Below are positions 19,734-29,463 of a stretch of 34,770 nucleotides of DNA, piece by piece (position 1 is the first letter of the stretch; every line of letters begins with the position of its first letter). The DNA is from a bacterium (lineage in GTDB: Bacteria; Methylomirabilota; Methylomirabilia; CAVQYV01): assembly GCA_043800755.1 (NCBI GenBank), contig JAZDMQ010000082.1, forward strand, positions 1-34,770, given 5' to 3'. Position numbers and translations under genes: made by a program. The notes beneath the pieces are model-generated. The model made no database searches and was not told the origin of the DNA. It worked only from the letters and a program-made list of their open reading frames with translations.

Positions 19734-19824
19734 GCCGCTAGGGGCGCTCCTTGGCTGAGAAGGTGGCCATCCGGCCACCGACCCTTAGCACCTGACCTGG
19801 GTAATGCCAGCGTAGGGAAGCGGC
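19734..19824 (+). ncRNA. TPP riboswitch aptamer
   Basis: AGGGGcGC...GCTGAGA...ACCC...ACCTGA.C.GG.TAAT.CC.GCGTAGGGAA consensus; P1 GCCGCT/AGCGGC; upstream of thiE and thiC. Confidence 0.95.
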
Positions 19825-19844
19825 TTTGGGATTTCCTAAGATCG

Positions 19845-19880
19845 AAAGCCGCAAGGGATATGTGAATCTGCGGCTTTTTT
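19845..19880 (+). terminator. Riboswitch-controlled terminator
   Basis: AAAGCCGCA...TGCGGCTTTTTT. Its 5' arm can instead pair with GCGGCTTT at the aptamer 3' end (antiterminator). Confidence 0.8.
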
Positions 19881-19903
19881 GTTTCTCGAAAGGGGACTTC
19901 TCG

Positions 19904-20365
19904 ATGGAGCGGGAATTTGCCGGCCATCCCCTGGTGGGTGTTGGCGGGATTGTCCTCAAGGGAGGCAAGGTCCTCCTGGTAAGAAGGGGCAAGCAGCCGG
20001 GGTTTGGGAAATGGAGCATCCCAGGGGGCATGGTGGAGTTGGGGGAGACCCTGCAGGAGGCCATCCAGCGCGAGGTTCGAGAGGAGTGCGGCATCGAGAT
20101 CGAATTGGCGGATGTGGTGGCGGTCCTGGAGCGGATCATCCCCCAGGAAGATCATCGGGTTCGTTATCATTATGTGTTGATTGATTTCTTGGGCTATTGG
20201 AGGAGTGGAGAGATTCAGCCCGCCTCCGATATCAGTGAGGCGCGTTGGGCCGATCCTTCCGAGATGGAGGCCCTGGAGATGACGGAGCGGACCCAGCAGG
20301 TCGTCTTCGAGGCCCTCGGACTGGCAGAACGACAAGGGATCTACTACGGAGGGGCAAAGGGTTGA
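19904..20365 (+). CDS. Nudix hydrolase
   Basis: Nudix box GGMVELGETLQEAIQREVREECG. Start at the ATG after AAGGGG. Confidence 0.92.
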   Translation: MEREFAGHPLVGVGGIVLKGGKVLLVRRGKQPGFGKWSIPGGMVELGETLQEAIQREVREECGIEIELADVVAVLERIIPQEDHRVRYHYVLIDFLGYWRSGEIQPASDISEARWADPSEMEALEMTERTQQVVFEALGLAERQGIYYGGAKG

Positions 20366-21009
20366 GCAGCCCGGACTATTCCCTTTATCTGATCCTCGAT
20401 CCCCAGTTAACCCCAAACCGTCCTCTGGCAGAGTTGGCCAAAGAGGCGATTAAGGGAGGGGTAACCATGCTCCAGCTCCGCTGCAAGGAGGCGAAGCCCC
20501 GCGAGTTTTTGGAGCTCGCCCAAGAGATCAAGGAGATCAGCGCGCCTTCGGGAGTGCCTTTGATCATCAACGACCGCCTGGATATTGCCTTGGCCGCGGA
20601 GGCAGAGGGGGTGCACTTGGGGCAGGAAGATCTCCCTGCCCGTGAGGCCCGTCGGATTCTGGGGCCAGACAGGATTCTGGGGATTTCGGCGGGATGCCTG
20701 AAGGAGGCCCGGGAGGCAGAGAGGATCGGGGCATCCTATGTGGGCCTGGGGAGTATTTTCCCGACCGGCAGCAAGGCGGACGCGGGCCAGCCCATCGGGC
20801 TTGAGGCGATCGCCCAAGTGAGCCAGTCCCTCCGGATCCCGGTCGTGGCCATCGGTGGCATCCACCTCGGCAATGTGGAGGAGGTCATCAGGAAAGGGGC
20901 TTCAGGGGTGGCGGTTATCTCCGCCCTCCTGCAAGCAGAGGACTTAAGAGAGGCTGCCCAACAAATGAAAAAGGCGATCGCACGGGGAAAGACTATAGCA
21001 TTAGCATAG
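20362..21009 (+). CDS. thiE: Thiamine-phosphate synthase
   Basis: [37 protein letters not shown] start overlaps the Nudix stop. Confidence 0.95.
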   Translation: MSSPDYSLYLILDPQLTPNRPLAELAKEAIKGGVTMLQLRCKEAKPREFLELAQEIKEISAPSGVPLIINDRLDIALAAEAEGVHLGQEDLPAREARRILGPDRILGISAGCLKEAREAERIGASYVGLGSIFPTGSKADAGQPIGLEAIAQVSQSLRIPVVAIGGIHLGNVEEVIRKGASGVAVISALLQAEDLREAAQQMKKAIARGKTIALA

Positions 21010-21040
21010 GGGACGAGTCCCCTCAGCAGGAGGAAGTGCC

Positions 21041-22318
21041 ATGACGCAGATGCAACAGGCCCTGCAGGGAAGAATCACGCCGGAAATGGAGGAAGTGGCC
21101 AAGGAGGAGGGAATCGATCCCGATATTCTTTGCCAGCGCATCGCAGAGGGTGCGGTCATTATTCCGGCCAATCGCCACCATCGCGGCCTGCGCCCGATGG
21201 GGATTGGCTACGGTCTTCGCACCAAGGTCAATGCCAATGTGGGCACCTCCTTGGATTATCCCGACATGGAGAAGGAGGTGGAGAAAGCCAAGGAGGCGGC
21301 CAAGGCAGGGGCGGACACGATCATGGACCTCTCCACCGGGGGAGACACCGACAAGACGCGTGCCGCCATCCTCAACGCCACCCCACTGCCGCTGGGGACC
21401 GTTCCCATCTACCAGGCGGCCATAGAGGCGATGGAGCACCACGGCGGCATCACCGAGATGCAAGAGGATGAGCTCTTCGAGGTGATCGAGCGACAGGCGA
21501 AAGGAGGCGTCGATTTTATCACCGTCCATTGCGGGGTTACCCTGGAGACCATCAACCGCCTCAAAGAGCAGGGTCGGGTTACGGGCATCGTGAGCCGGGG
21601 CGGCGCATTCCTCAACTGTTGGATGGTGCGTAACAACCGGGAAAACCCACTTTACTTGAATTATGACCGTCTTCTGAGGATCGCGTCCGAGCACGATGTG
21701 ACCCTGAGCCTGGGGGATGGGTTGAGGCCCGGGTGTCTGGCGGATGCCACCGACCGTGCCCAGATCCAAGAGCTGATCATCCTGGGGGAGTTGGTAGACA
21801 GGGCCTGGGCGGCCGGGGTTCAGGTGATGGTAGAGGGCCCAGGTCATGTCCCTCTGGACCAGATCGAGGCCAATATCAAGCTTCAAAAGCGGCTCTGCCG
21901 GGGCGCCCCCTTCTATGTCCTGGGACCCTTGGTGACCGATATCGCCCCGGGATATGATCACATCACCGCAGCCATCGGGGGGGCCTTGGCCGCCGCCGCC
22001 GGGGCAGATTACATTTGCTATGTGACCCCCTCCGAGCACCTGGGGCTTCCAACTGTAGAGGAGGTCAGGGAAGGGGTGATCGCTGCCCGTATTGCCGGCC
22101 ATGCGGCCGACCTGGTCAAGGGGATACCGGGCGCCTGGGCCTGGGATCAGGAGATGGCCAAGGAAAGGAAGGCCTTACATTGGGAAAGGCAGATCGAACT
22201 CTCCATCGATCCTGAGAAGGCGGGAAGATATCGGAAGGAGAGAAGATCGTCAGGAGAGGACACCTGCACCATGTGCGGCGAGTTCTGCGCCATGAAGCTG
22301 ACCTCCCAGATCCGGTGA
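21041..22318 (+). CDS. thiC: Phosphomethylpyrimidine synthase
   Basis: [51 protein letters not shown]-riboswitch context. Confidence 0.95.
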   Translation: MTQMQQALQGRITPEMEEVAKEEGIDPDILCQRIAEGAVIIPANRHHRGLRPMGIGYGLRTKVNANVGTSLDYPDMEKEVEKAKEAAKAGADTIMDLSTGGDTDKTRAAILNATPLPLGTVPIYQAAIEAMEHHGGITEMQEDELFEVIERQAKGGVDFITVHCGVTLETINRLKEQGRVTGIVSRGGAFLNCWMVRNNRENPLYLNYDRLLRIASEHDVTLSLGDGLRPGCLADATDRAQIQELIILGELVDRAWAAGVQVMVEGPGHVPLDQIEANIKLQKRLCRGAPFYVLGPLVTDIAPGYDHITAAIGGALAAAAGADYICYVTPSEHLGLPTVEEVREGVIAARIAGHAADLVKGIPGAWAWDQEMAKERKALHWERQIELSIDPEKAGRYRKERRSSGEDTCTMCGEFCAMKLTSQIR

Positions 22319-22389
22319 AGGACTGCGAGCAAGGAGGGCCTCTTCCGCCACGGACGATACCTCAAGATTGCACCGCAGAGGGCAGTGCC

Positions 22390-22896
22390 ATGCGAGTCAT
22401 CGTGGATGGTTACAACCTGATTCGCCAATCCCCCGATCTGAGCCAGCTCGAACGGCAAGGCCTGGAGGCGGGCCGCAGAGAGTTGGTGAGGAGGCTTTCT
22501 GAGTACCAGCGGAGGAAAAGACATCAGATTCAGGTGGTCTTTGACGCCGGATCAGGGGGCGACTCCTCGCAGAGGCAGGAGTGGTCCCAAGGCGTCTCCA
22601 TCGTCTATTCCCGCAGAGGGGAGACGGCGGACGAGGTGATCAAACGCCTGGCGGCGGCCGGTCGGGAGGGCGTGGTGATCGTGACCTCTGACCGGGCGCT
22701 TGCCTCCTTTGCCGAGCGGCAGGGCGCGACCGCAATCGGGGCCGAGGATTTTGAGCAGAGGATCATGGCCCGTGATTTACCCTCTGCCAAGAAGGACCAA
22801 GAAGAAGAGGAGGACCGTCCTCACAAAAAGAAAGGCATGGCAAGAAGGCTCCCGAAGGCAGCTCGCCGCCGGCAGGCCAAGCTGCTTCATCTCTAA
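22390..22896 (+). CDS. NYN/YacP-like PIN-fold RNase
   Basis: VIVDGYNLI, VVFD, ETADEVI, VTSD motifs. Confidence 0.88.
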   Translation: MRVIVDGYNLIRQSPDLSQLERQGLEAGRRELVRRLSEYQRRKRHQIQVVFDAGSGGDSSQRQEWSQGVSIVYSRRGETADEVIKRLAAAGREGVVIVTSDRALASFAERQGATAIGAEDFEQRIMARDLPSAKKDQEEEEDRPHKKKGMARRLPKAARRRQAKLLHL

Positions 22897-22922
22897 ACTC
22901 CCCTTTCATCCCCAAGTCCCTT

Positions 22923-24062
22923 ATGTCCCCTTCCATCTCTTTAATCCATCAACCAGACTACGATGACCGCGCCGTCTACCGGGCAATGCGGAGGGCGGTC
23001 GATCTCCTGGGAGGTATCGACCACTTCGTTCGCCCGGGCGAACGCATCCTGCTGAAGCCCAACCTGCTCTCCCCGGCCCCCCCGGAGAAGGCGATCACCA
23101 CCCATCCGGCGGTGGTCAGGGCGGCCATCGAGCTGGTGAGAGAGGCAGGAGGATACCCGCTCATCGGGGATAGCCCGGGCATGGCCAGCCTGGCCAAGGC
23201 AGCAGAGAGGGCGGGCATCCAGGAGGTGGCAGAGCGGGCTGGGGTGGAGCTCATTGACTTCGACCAGCCGCGGGAGGTTAAGGTGTTGCCCGATTCACGC
23301 TTTAAGAGGATCGAGGTGGCCCAGGCCGCCCTGGAGGCCGATGGCATCATCAATCTGCCGAAGCTCTAGACCCACAGCCAGATGACCCTTACCCTCAGCG
23401 TAAAGAACATGTTCGGCTGCATCCCGGGGAAGAGGAAGGCCCAGTGGCATCTTCAGGCGGGCGTGGACCGCGCCCTATTTGCCCAGATGCTGGTGGAGCT
23501 TTTTCTGGTGATGAAACCCCGCCTCAACATCCTGGATGGGATCTTAGGAATGGAGGGGGATGGGCCAGGCAATGGAGGGAGCCCCCGCTGGATCCATCTT
23601 CTGGCGGCCAGCGAGGATGGAGTGGGCTTGGACAGGGCCGTTACCGAGCTGCTTTCGATCCCCTTGCCCTCCTTTCCTGTCCTGCAGGCTGCCCAGCGAA
23701 GAGGACTCTTGCCCCAGGATTTCGGCCAGTTTCAGATCGTAGGTGAATCGTTGGAGGACCTGCGCCCCTCCGCCTTTCTGCCTCCCCGCTCCCTGGACCT
23801 GAGCTGGGGGATCCCCCCCCTCCTCCGCCGGGCCCTGCGGGGTGCCCTCACCGCCCGCCCGCGGATCGATGCGGCCCAGTGCGCCCTTTGCTATATTTGC
23901 AGCCAGGCCTGTTCCTCTCAAGCGATTCGGGAAGATAAGGGGAAATTGGTGATTGAAGAGCGAAGGTGCATCCGCTGCTTCTGCTGCCAGGAACTCTGTC
24001 CCGAGGGGGCGGTGAAGACAAGAGAGGGCTGGGCCACCGGTTGGTTGGGGATCAAGAGGTAA
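22923..24062 (+). pseudogene. DUF362 + 4Fe-4S dicluster protein interrupted by an in-frame TAG (nonsense mutation or amber readthrough)
   Basis: ORFs 22923-23369 and 23382-24062 are in one frame and read INLPKL*THSQMTLTLSVKNMFG, where the family motif is PKLKTH. Also LLKPNLL and two CxxCxxCxxxC(P) motifs. Confidence 0.85.
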
Positions 24063-24104
24063 GCTTGGGCCTGGGGCGGCTTCTCTGGCAAGTAAAGATA
24101 GTAA

Positions 24105-24139
24105 ATAAAGCCCCCTCGGCAGACCCGAGGGGGCTTTAT
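24105..24139. terminator. Bidirectional terminator hairpin
   Basis: ATAAAGCCCCCTCGG-CAGAC-CCGAGGGGGCTTTAT, a perfect 15-bp stem between convergent genes. Confidence 0.85.
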
Positions 24140-24242
24140 GGGGGGGTTACGGATAAGCTCACTGCATTTAGTTCTCAGGGCTGAAATGGCATGTTAGAAG
24201 CACATACCGCAAAGGGTCCTGCAAATATCCTTCCTTCTTCAA

Positions 24243-25220
24243 TCAGTTTACTGCAATGGGACGGATCATGGAGCCAGTGCAGCCCTTGTTCTTCAGGGGG
24301 AGCGCTACAAACATAAACTCGTAGACCTTATCCTTGGCCAGGTCCTCGAGATAGGTGAACTCCATGATGTGGACCCCGTTGTCGATCAGCATATACTGAT
24401 GCACCGGATGAGGATTGGTCTTATCCGGTGAGTCGCACTCGAAGGCGGCCTGATCGACGCCGAAGAGGATCCCCTTATTGTTTTCCATCAACCATTTCAT
24501 CGCCTCGATTCCCAACCCCGCGCCGCCGCCCTTGGCCATCTCGGCCTTGTCAGCCCAGGCCGCCATCTGACCCGTCCGGACCAGCACGGTGTCTCCGGGC
24601 TTGAGGGCCGGACCGCCCTGTTTGGCCAGGGCACCCTTCAGGTCGGCCACGGTGATGCAATAGCCGGCTGGGAGCATCTTCACGCCCTTGTACCCCGCCA
24701 CATCGATCATGACGCCTCGCGTGACTACGGGGGGGGTGGTGGAGATGTCGGACTTCAAGGGACCCCAGTCACCCAGGTCGGGATCTTGTTTGCCATTATA
24801 CCAGTGGTGATCCTGGCCCACGGTGATGTGTGCCAGGCTGTCCATGTGGCAGCCGGTGTGCATGGTGCCGATCATGACCTCGCTGATGAAACCGATGTGG
24901 ACATCGTTGTTTGTCTGCAGCCAGCCCTGGTCCTTCTGATTGTCGAGTCCCATGGGGGTCCGGAAGGTGATCACCTCATAGGGGGGATGGCCGGGCCACA
25001 GGGGCATCCCGCGGAAGCGGCCGGCATCCAGATCGTAGATCTTGCCCTTTTTCACCAGATTCGCCGCCGCCGCCACCGAGGCCGGGGTCATCTCGTTGAG
25101 AGATCCCACCTGATCGTTGGGTCCATAATTATAGGCGGTCCCGGCGAAGGCGGTGCCGGTTAAAAGGCCAATCGTCAGGCTGAGGACCAATATGCCTAAT
25201 AGTCTGCTCGTTTTTACCAT
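24243..25220 (-). CDS. Secreted cyclase-family protein (single domain)
   Basis: Signal peptide ending TAFA, YG..DQ.G.LN, HTGCHMDSLAH, PGD.VLVRTG, G.TGS.IRP.A. Confidence 0.88.
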   Translation of the reverse strand: MVKTSRLLGILVLSLTIGLLTGTAFAGTAYNYGPNDQVGSLNEMTPASVAAAANLVKKGKIYDLDAGRFRGMPLWPGHPPYEVITFRTPMGLDNQKDQGWLQTNNDVHIGFISEVMIGTMHTGCHMDSLAHITVGQDHHWYNGKQDPDLGDWGPLKSDISTTPPVVTRGVMIDVAGYKGVKMLPAGYCITVADLKGALAKQGGPALKPGDTVLVRTGQMAAWADKAEMAKGGGAGLGIEAMKWLMENNKGILFGVDQAAFECDSPDKTNPHPVHQYMLIDNGVHIMEFTYLEDLAKDKVYEFMFVALPLKNKGCTGSMIRPIAVN

Positions 25221-25483
25221 GGTTCCTCGTTCCTCCTATCCAGTCCAGCCCTGAGTGCACTCCATCTCCGTTCCCCCGCAATCCTTCTCTCGGTCGAACT
25301 GATCTCGCTGAGCTATCACCGCCTTTCTTGTTTTAGTCACCAGACGAATCACATAAAGAGAAATGTGCTCGGTTGTTCATTCAAAGGGTGCTTTGGTGCA
25401 AGGAAGGTTTCGTGAAAAGCCTTTGACACCTAACTCCTATAGCACGTCTCCATTTCTTCCGCAAGGGGAAAATGAATCCCCTC

Positions 25484-26827
25484 CTACCTCTCCTGATCTT
25501 CCTTCCTCCTTCGCCGCCTCTCTAAAACCTCCTTGATTTTTCCTTCGTGGCCCCGATCCGAGGGGTGGTAGTAGATCCTTCCCCGCAGGTTCTCCGGCAG
25601 ATGTTCCTGCTCCACATGGGCCTCGGGGAAGTGGTGGGCGTACTGGTAACCCTTGGCATAGCCCAATTGGGCCATGAGGGAGGTGGGCGCATTGCGCAGG
25701 TGGAGGGGAACGGGCAAGGCCGGCTGTCCCTGGATATCCTTTTGTACCTCTTGGAAGGCAGCGTAGATGGCATTGCTCTTGGGGGCGGTGGCCAGATAGA
25801 CCGCACACTGGGCCAAGGCCAATTCGCCCTCCGGGGATCCCAAGAAGTGATAGGCCTCTTTGGCCGCCACGGCTATCTGCAGGGCGGCGGGATCGGCATT
25901 GCCAATGTCCTCAGAGGCGAATCGCACCATGCGCCGGGCGAGATAGAGGGGATCCTCTCCCGCCTCCAGCATCCTCCCCAGCCAGTAGAGGGCCGCATCC
26001 GGATCGCTGTCCCGCAGGCTCTTATGGAGGGCGGAGATCAGGTTGTAGTGCTCCTCGCCGGCTCGATCATAGAGGAGTGCCTTCCGCTGGCCAGCCTCTT
26101 CTGCCACGGCCAGACTGATGTGGCGCACCCCCTCCGGGTCGGGTCGGGTGGTCGATACTGCCATCTCCAGGGTGTTGAGGGACCGCCGGGCATCCCCATC
26201 GGCAAGGGCCGCCATATAGCGCAGGGCCTCCTCCGTGACTTCCGTCTTCATCCCGCCCAGACCTCGCTCTGCATCGGCCAAGGCCCGTTTCAGGATGGTG
26301 ACCAGATCCTCCTCTGATAAGGGATTCAGGGCGAAGACCTTGGTGCGGGAGAGGAGGGGGGCGATGACCTCGAAGGAGGGATTCTCGGTGGTGGCGCCGA
26401 TGAGGATAATGGTCCCCTTCTCTACATGGGGCAAGAAGGCATCTTGCTGCGCCTTGTTGAAGCGGTGGATCTCATCGATGAAGAGGATGGTGCGCTTACT
26501 CGCGTACCGCTGCTCCTCCTCGGCGGCCTTGATGACCTCCCTGATCTCCTTGATCCCGGAGGTGACGGCAGAAAAGGGGATGAAATGGGATCCGGTCATG
26601 GCCGCGATGATCTGGGCCAAGGTGGTCTTTCCCGAGCCGGGCGGCCCCCAGAGGATGAGGGAGGAGAGCTCATCCTGGAGGATGGCCTGCCGCAATGGCT
26701 TTCCTTCTCCCAAGATGTGTCCCTGTCCCATGAATTCCCCCAGATCCTTTGGCCTCATGCGGTCGGCCAGGGGCGCAAACCGGGAGGAAGAAGGGACGGG
26801 CTTTTCCGGGAAGAGGTCCATCCTCAT
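25484..26827 (-). CDS. rarA: Replication-associated recombination protein A
   Basis: PLADRMRP, WGPPGSGKTT, FIDEIHRFNKAQQD, GATTENP, ISALHKS.R.SD, VP.HLRNAPT. Start overlaps the pyrE stop (ATGA). Confidence 0.96.
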   Translation of the reverse strand: MRMDLFPEKPVPSSSRFAPLADRMRPKDLGEFMGQGHILGEGKPLRQAILQDELSSLILWGPPGSGKTTLAQIIAAMTGSHFIPFSAVTSGIKEIREVIKAAEEEQRYASKRTILFIDEIHRFNKAQQDAFLPHVEKGTIILIGATTENPSFEVIAPLLSRTKVFALNPLSEEDLVTILKRALADAERGLGGMKTEVTEEALRYMAALADGDARRSLNTLEMAVSTTRPDPEGVRHISLAVAEEAGQRKALLYDRAGEEHYNLISALHKSLRDSDPDAALYWLGRMLEAGEDPLYLARRMVRFASEDIGNADPAALQIAVAAKEAYHFLGSPEGELALAQCAVYLATAPKSNAIYAAFQEVQKDIQGQPALPVPLHLRNAPTSLMAQLGYAKGYQYAHHFPEAHVEQEHLPENLRGRIYYHPSDRGHEGKIKEVLERRRRRKEDQER

Positions 26828-27423
26828 TGCCCACTCGGCCTGGCCTGGCGGCTGCCCGGCTTCACCAGGGGCTTTCTCTGCTGACACAGGGGACAGGCCT
26901 CGGAGAGGTAATTGGGGATTTTTAGCTGAAGCAGGGCATGCCGCTTGACCTCGAAATGAACCCCAACGCTTCGGTCCACCAGGCATCCCACCCCGACCAC
27001 TATCCCCTCCTGTTCCTCCACCACGCCCACGACCTCGCGGGTGGAGACTCCGGTAGTCACCACATCCTCCACCACCAAGGTACGCTCTCCCGGCGAGATC
27101 TGAAAGCCGCGCCTCAACGCCATATGTCCCTCGACTCGCTCGGTGAAGACGGATCGAGCCCCGAGGGCGCGCGCCACCTCGTGGGCCACGATGATTCCTC
27201 CCAGGGCCGGGGCGGCGACCACCTCGATTCCCTCTCCCTGAAAGGGCCGAGATAAGAGGCTGCAAAGCGTCTCAGCATGAGGCGGATATTGCAGGACCAG
27301 GGCGCATTGCAGGTACTGGGAGCTGTGCAGGCCGGAGCTCAAGAGGAAATGTCCCTCCAACAAGGCTCCACAATCCTTGAAGATCTTCAGGATCTCCTTG
27401 GGGCTGATCGCACGATCCATCAC
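26824..27423 (-). CDS. pyrE: Orotate phosphoribosyltransferase
   Basis: LEGHFLLSSGLHS..Y.Q, PRPP loop VVEDVVTTG, C-terminal CPLC...KPGSR. Confidence 0.93.
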   Translation of the reverse strand: MMDRAISPKEILKIFKDCGALLEGHFLLSSGLHSSQYLQCALVLQYPPHAETLCSLLSRPFQGEGIEVVAAPALGGIIVAHEVARALGARSVFTERVEGHMALRRGFQISPGERTLVVEDVVTTGVSTREVVGVVEEQEGIVVGVGCLVDRSVGVHFEVKRHALLQLKIPNYLSEACPLCQQRKPLVKPGSRQARPSGQ

Positions 27424-27497
27424 TTCCCTTCCTTTCTCGTAGAATGTGCCCTCCCTCTGTCCGCTTGCCGTTGCGATCCTTCCCGCGTGCTCAGTGC

Positions 27498-27767
27498 TTA
27501 TAGGGGGATCTTTTGCTGCCGGCAGTAATTGGAAAGCATGAGCAGGGCCTGGTTGATCCGTTGAATGCGCAAATTCTTCTTCTTGATGGCCATCAGGTCC
27601 TCAGGCGGGATGACCTCCCCCCTGACCTCTCGGAGCACCAGATTCAGATTGCTGTGGATCGTCTTGAGGTCGGAGGGACTGTATCTTTTGAGCCCGGATG
27701 GGCTCAGTGCGACGAAGCCATCGGCGATATCCATGGCCAGGGACTTAGGATTGCCAGCGATTCCCAT
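27498..27767 (-). CDS. Hypothetical helical protein
   Basis: 89-aa ORF with a GGGGG RBS, co-oriented within the pyrF-pyrE run. Confidence 0.75.
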   Translation of the reverse strand: MGIAGNPKSLAMDIADGFVALSPSGLKRYSPSDLKTIHSNLNLVLREVRGEVIPPEDLMAIKKKNLRIQRINQALLMLSNYCRQQKIPL

Positions 27768-27832
27768 GACGTTCCCCCTTCTCAGGTAATTCCACTTGCC
27801 TTGCTCCAGGCAATTTCCCTCTCAGGCCTTCT

Positions 27833-28004
27833 CTATTGGGGCCCTGCCTCCAGGGACTTGACCTCGAATCTCTCCACTGTCTCCCAGTTCAAGGAAACCC
27901 CAAGCCCTGGCCCTTGATCCCCTCGATGCCGGCGTCGGTCTGGATCCTCACTACCCGGTCGTCCTGGGTGCCGTCTGCAACGGCCTGGATCTGGGCAAGG
28001 CGCA
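27833..28004 (-). pseudogene. Internally deleted mandelate racemase/muconate lactonizing enzyme remnant
   Basis: The - strand reads (L)RLAQIQAV...VVRIQTDAGIEGI and then, in another frame, GPGLGVSLNWETVERFEV*. These resemble the N- and C-terminal signatures of the family. Confidence 0.55.
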
Positions 28005-28021
28005 GACGGATTGCCTCTTTG

Positions 28022-28735
28022 TTAGTGGCCTGCGAGGAGGATCTCCTCGATGATCTTTTCTGCCGCGGCCGCCGGGTCCGGGGCCGCGAGGATGGGGCGC
28101 CCGATCACAATATAATCGGCACCGGCCTCAATGGCTTCTTTCGGGGTCATGATGCGCTTCTGATCCCCAGCCGCAGCCCATGTCGGCCGCACCCCGGGGG
28201 TGACGATCAGGAAGCCCGGCCCAGTTGCGGCTCTGATCTCGCGGATCTCCTGCGGAGAGGCGACCACCCCGTCCAGCCCGGCTCTCTTCGCCATCTGCGC
28301 CAGATGCACCACTTGCTGGCCCAGTGGCCTTTCAATGGCCAGCTCTTGCCGCAGGGCCGTCTCGTTCAGGCTGGTGAGCACCGTGACCGCCAAGAGGATT
28401 GGCCGGGGTCGGCCAGGGCAGGCCATCTTGTGGGCGGCAGCCACGGCGGCCTCCATCATCTCCGATCCCCCGGAGGCGTGGAGGGTGAGCATAAAGACCC
28501 CTAACCTGCAGGCCTCAGTGACCGCACCGGCTACGGTGTTGGGGATGTCATGGAACTTCAGGTCCAGGAAGACCTTTTCGCCCTGGCCGTGGATCATTTC
28601 CACCACCGCCGGCCCATTCGCGGTGAAAAGCTGAGATCCGACCTTGAAAGCGCCCACCTTTCCCTTCAATAGATCGGCGAACCTTGCCGCCTCTTCGGCG
28701 GTCTCTACATCCAGGGCCAGGATCAATTTCTCCAT
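28022..28735 (-). CDS. pyrF: Orotidine-5'-phosphate decarboxylase
   Basis: LILALD, KVG..LF, FLDLKFHDIPNTV, VTVLTS, VTPGVRP, VIGRPI. Confidence 0.98.
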   Translation of the reverse strand: MEKLILALDVETAEEAARFADLLKGKVGAFKVGSQLFTANGPAVVEMIHGQGEKVFLDLKFHDIPNTVAGAVTEACRLGVFMLTLHASGGSEMMEAAVAAAHKMACPGRPRPILLAVTVLTSLNETALRQELAIERPLGQQVVHLAQMAKRAGLDGVVASPQEIREIRAATGPGFLIVTPGVRPTWAAAGDQKRIMTPKEAIEAGADYIVIGRPILAAPDPAAAAEKIIEEILLAGH

Positions 28736-28791
28736 AGGCTATCCCTTCGCATGGCCTCTCAGCCGTTCTGCGGTCCCCTCCCATGGTTGGG

Positions 28792-29454
28792 CTAATCCTT
28801 CAAGTAAGGGTGGAAGCCCGCCTTTTGGGCTCCTTCCTCGCTGTCGAAATAGATGCGATCCCGAAGGTCGACTTTATCATAATAGTGCTGGCCGGGCCGA
28901 TAATAGTATCGGCTCTTCTTGCTGGCGATGATCTTTTTCTTCTCCGGGGCTGGAGTATTCCCCGCGGCTGAGGCCGAAGAAAGGCCCCAGACCCCCCGCT
29001 GGTTCTCCCTGGCCTCCTTTTGCAGATCTTGAAAGAATTGGTAATGCTTGAGGGTGAGGAGGGCAGAGGAGGCTCGGGCATAGCCATTTCTCAGCATCCA
29101 ACCGTTCAAGGTGATCTGCCCCACCTGAACATAGGCGAGGAGTCTTCCCTGGGCATCCTCCGTGGGTCCATCAAATTCCAGCCTGATCCTCTTTCCCTCC
29201 ACCAGGGAGGCCAGGCCCTTCTGTATCTTCGCCTCCAGCTCCGTTCTTTCCTTTCCCTCGAGAGACTGGACTCCCAGGAGTCCGATCTCTCCGAAGTCGG
29301 GAGAATGGAGGGTCCACCCATCCACGACTCGATCGCAAGAGGTCTCCAGGGATGCCTGCTGCGCCCCTGCAGGAAGTAGGAACGAAAGGTAGGCTGAAAC
29401 CAGGGCCCAGGATGCGATCGAGAGGGATCTTTTTCGTCGACTCGGCCTATACAT
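28792..29454 (-). CDS. Exported thermonuclease (SNase)-like protein with a C-terminal Ada-like domain; catalytic residues degenerate
   Basis: Signal peptide, RVVDG.T, GRLLAYV, N..ML..GYA, EAR...RGVW, C-terminal YF.SEE.A.KAGF.P. Confidence 0.8.
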   Translation of the reverse strand: MYRPSRRKRSLSIASWALVSAYLSFLLPAGAQQASLETSCDRVVDGWTLHSPDFGEIGLLGVQSLEGKERTELEAKIQKGLASLVEGKRIRLEFDGPTEDAQGRLLAYVQVGQITLNGWMLRNGYARASSALLTLKHYQFFQDLQKEARENQRGVWGLSSASAAGNTPAPEKKKIIASKKSRYYYRPGQHYYDKVDLRDRIYFDSEEGAQKAGFHPYLKD

Positions 29455-29463
29455 CGGCTGACC

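Noticed and set aside
21041-22318. BzaA/B/F (cobamide lower-ligand) paralogue instead of ThiC
   Set aside because: The TPP riboswitch and adjacent thiE indicate thiamine synthesis.
25484-27265. N-terminal extensions in the ORF track (rarA 593 aa, glmU 565 aa, mrr 336 aa, thiE, lon) suggesting fusions
   Set aside because: The extensions overlap neighbouring genes or regulatory regions. Downstream starts with an RBS or stop-start coupling match family N-termini.
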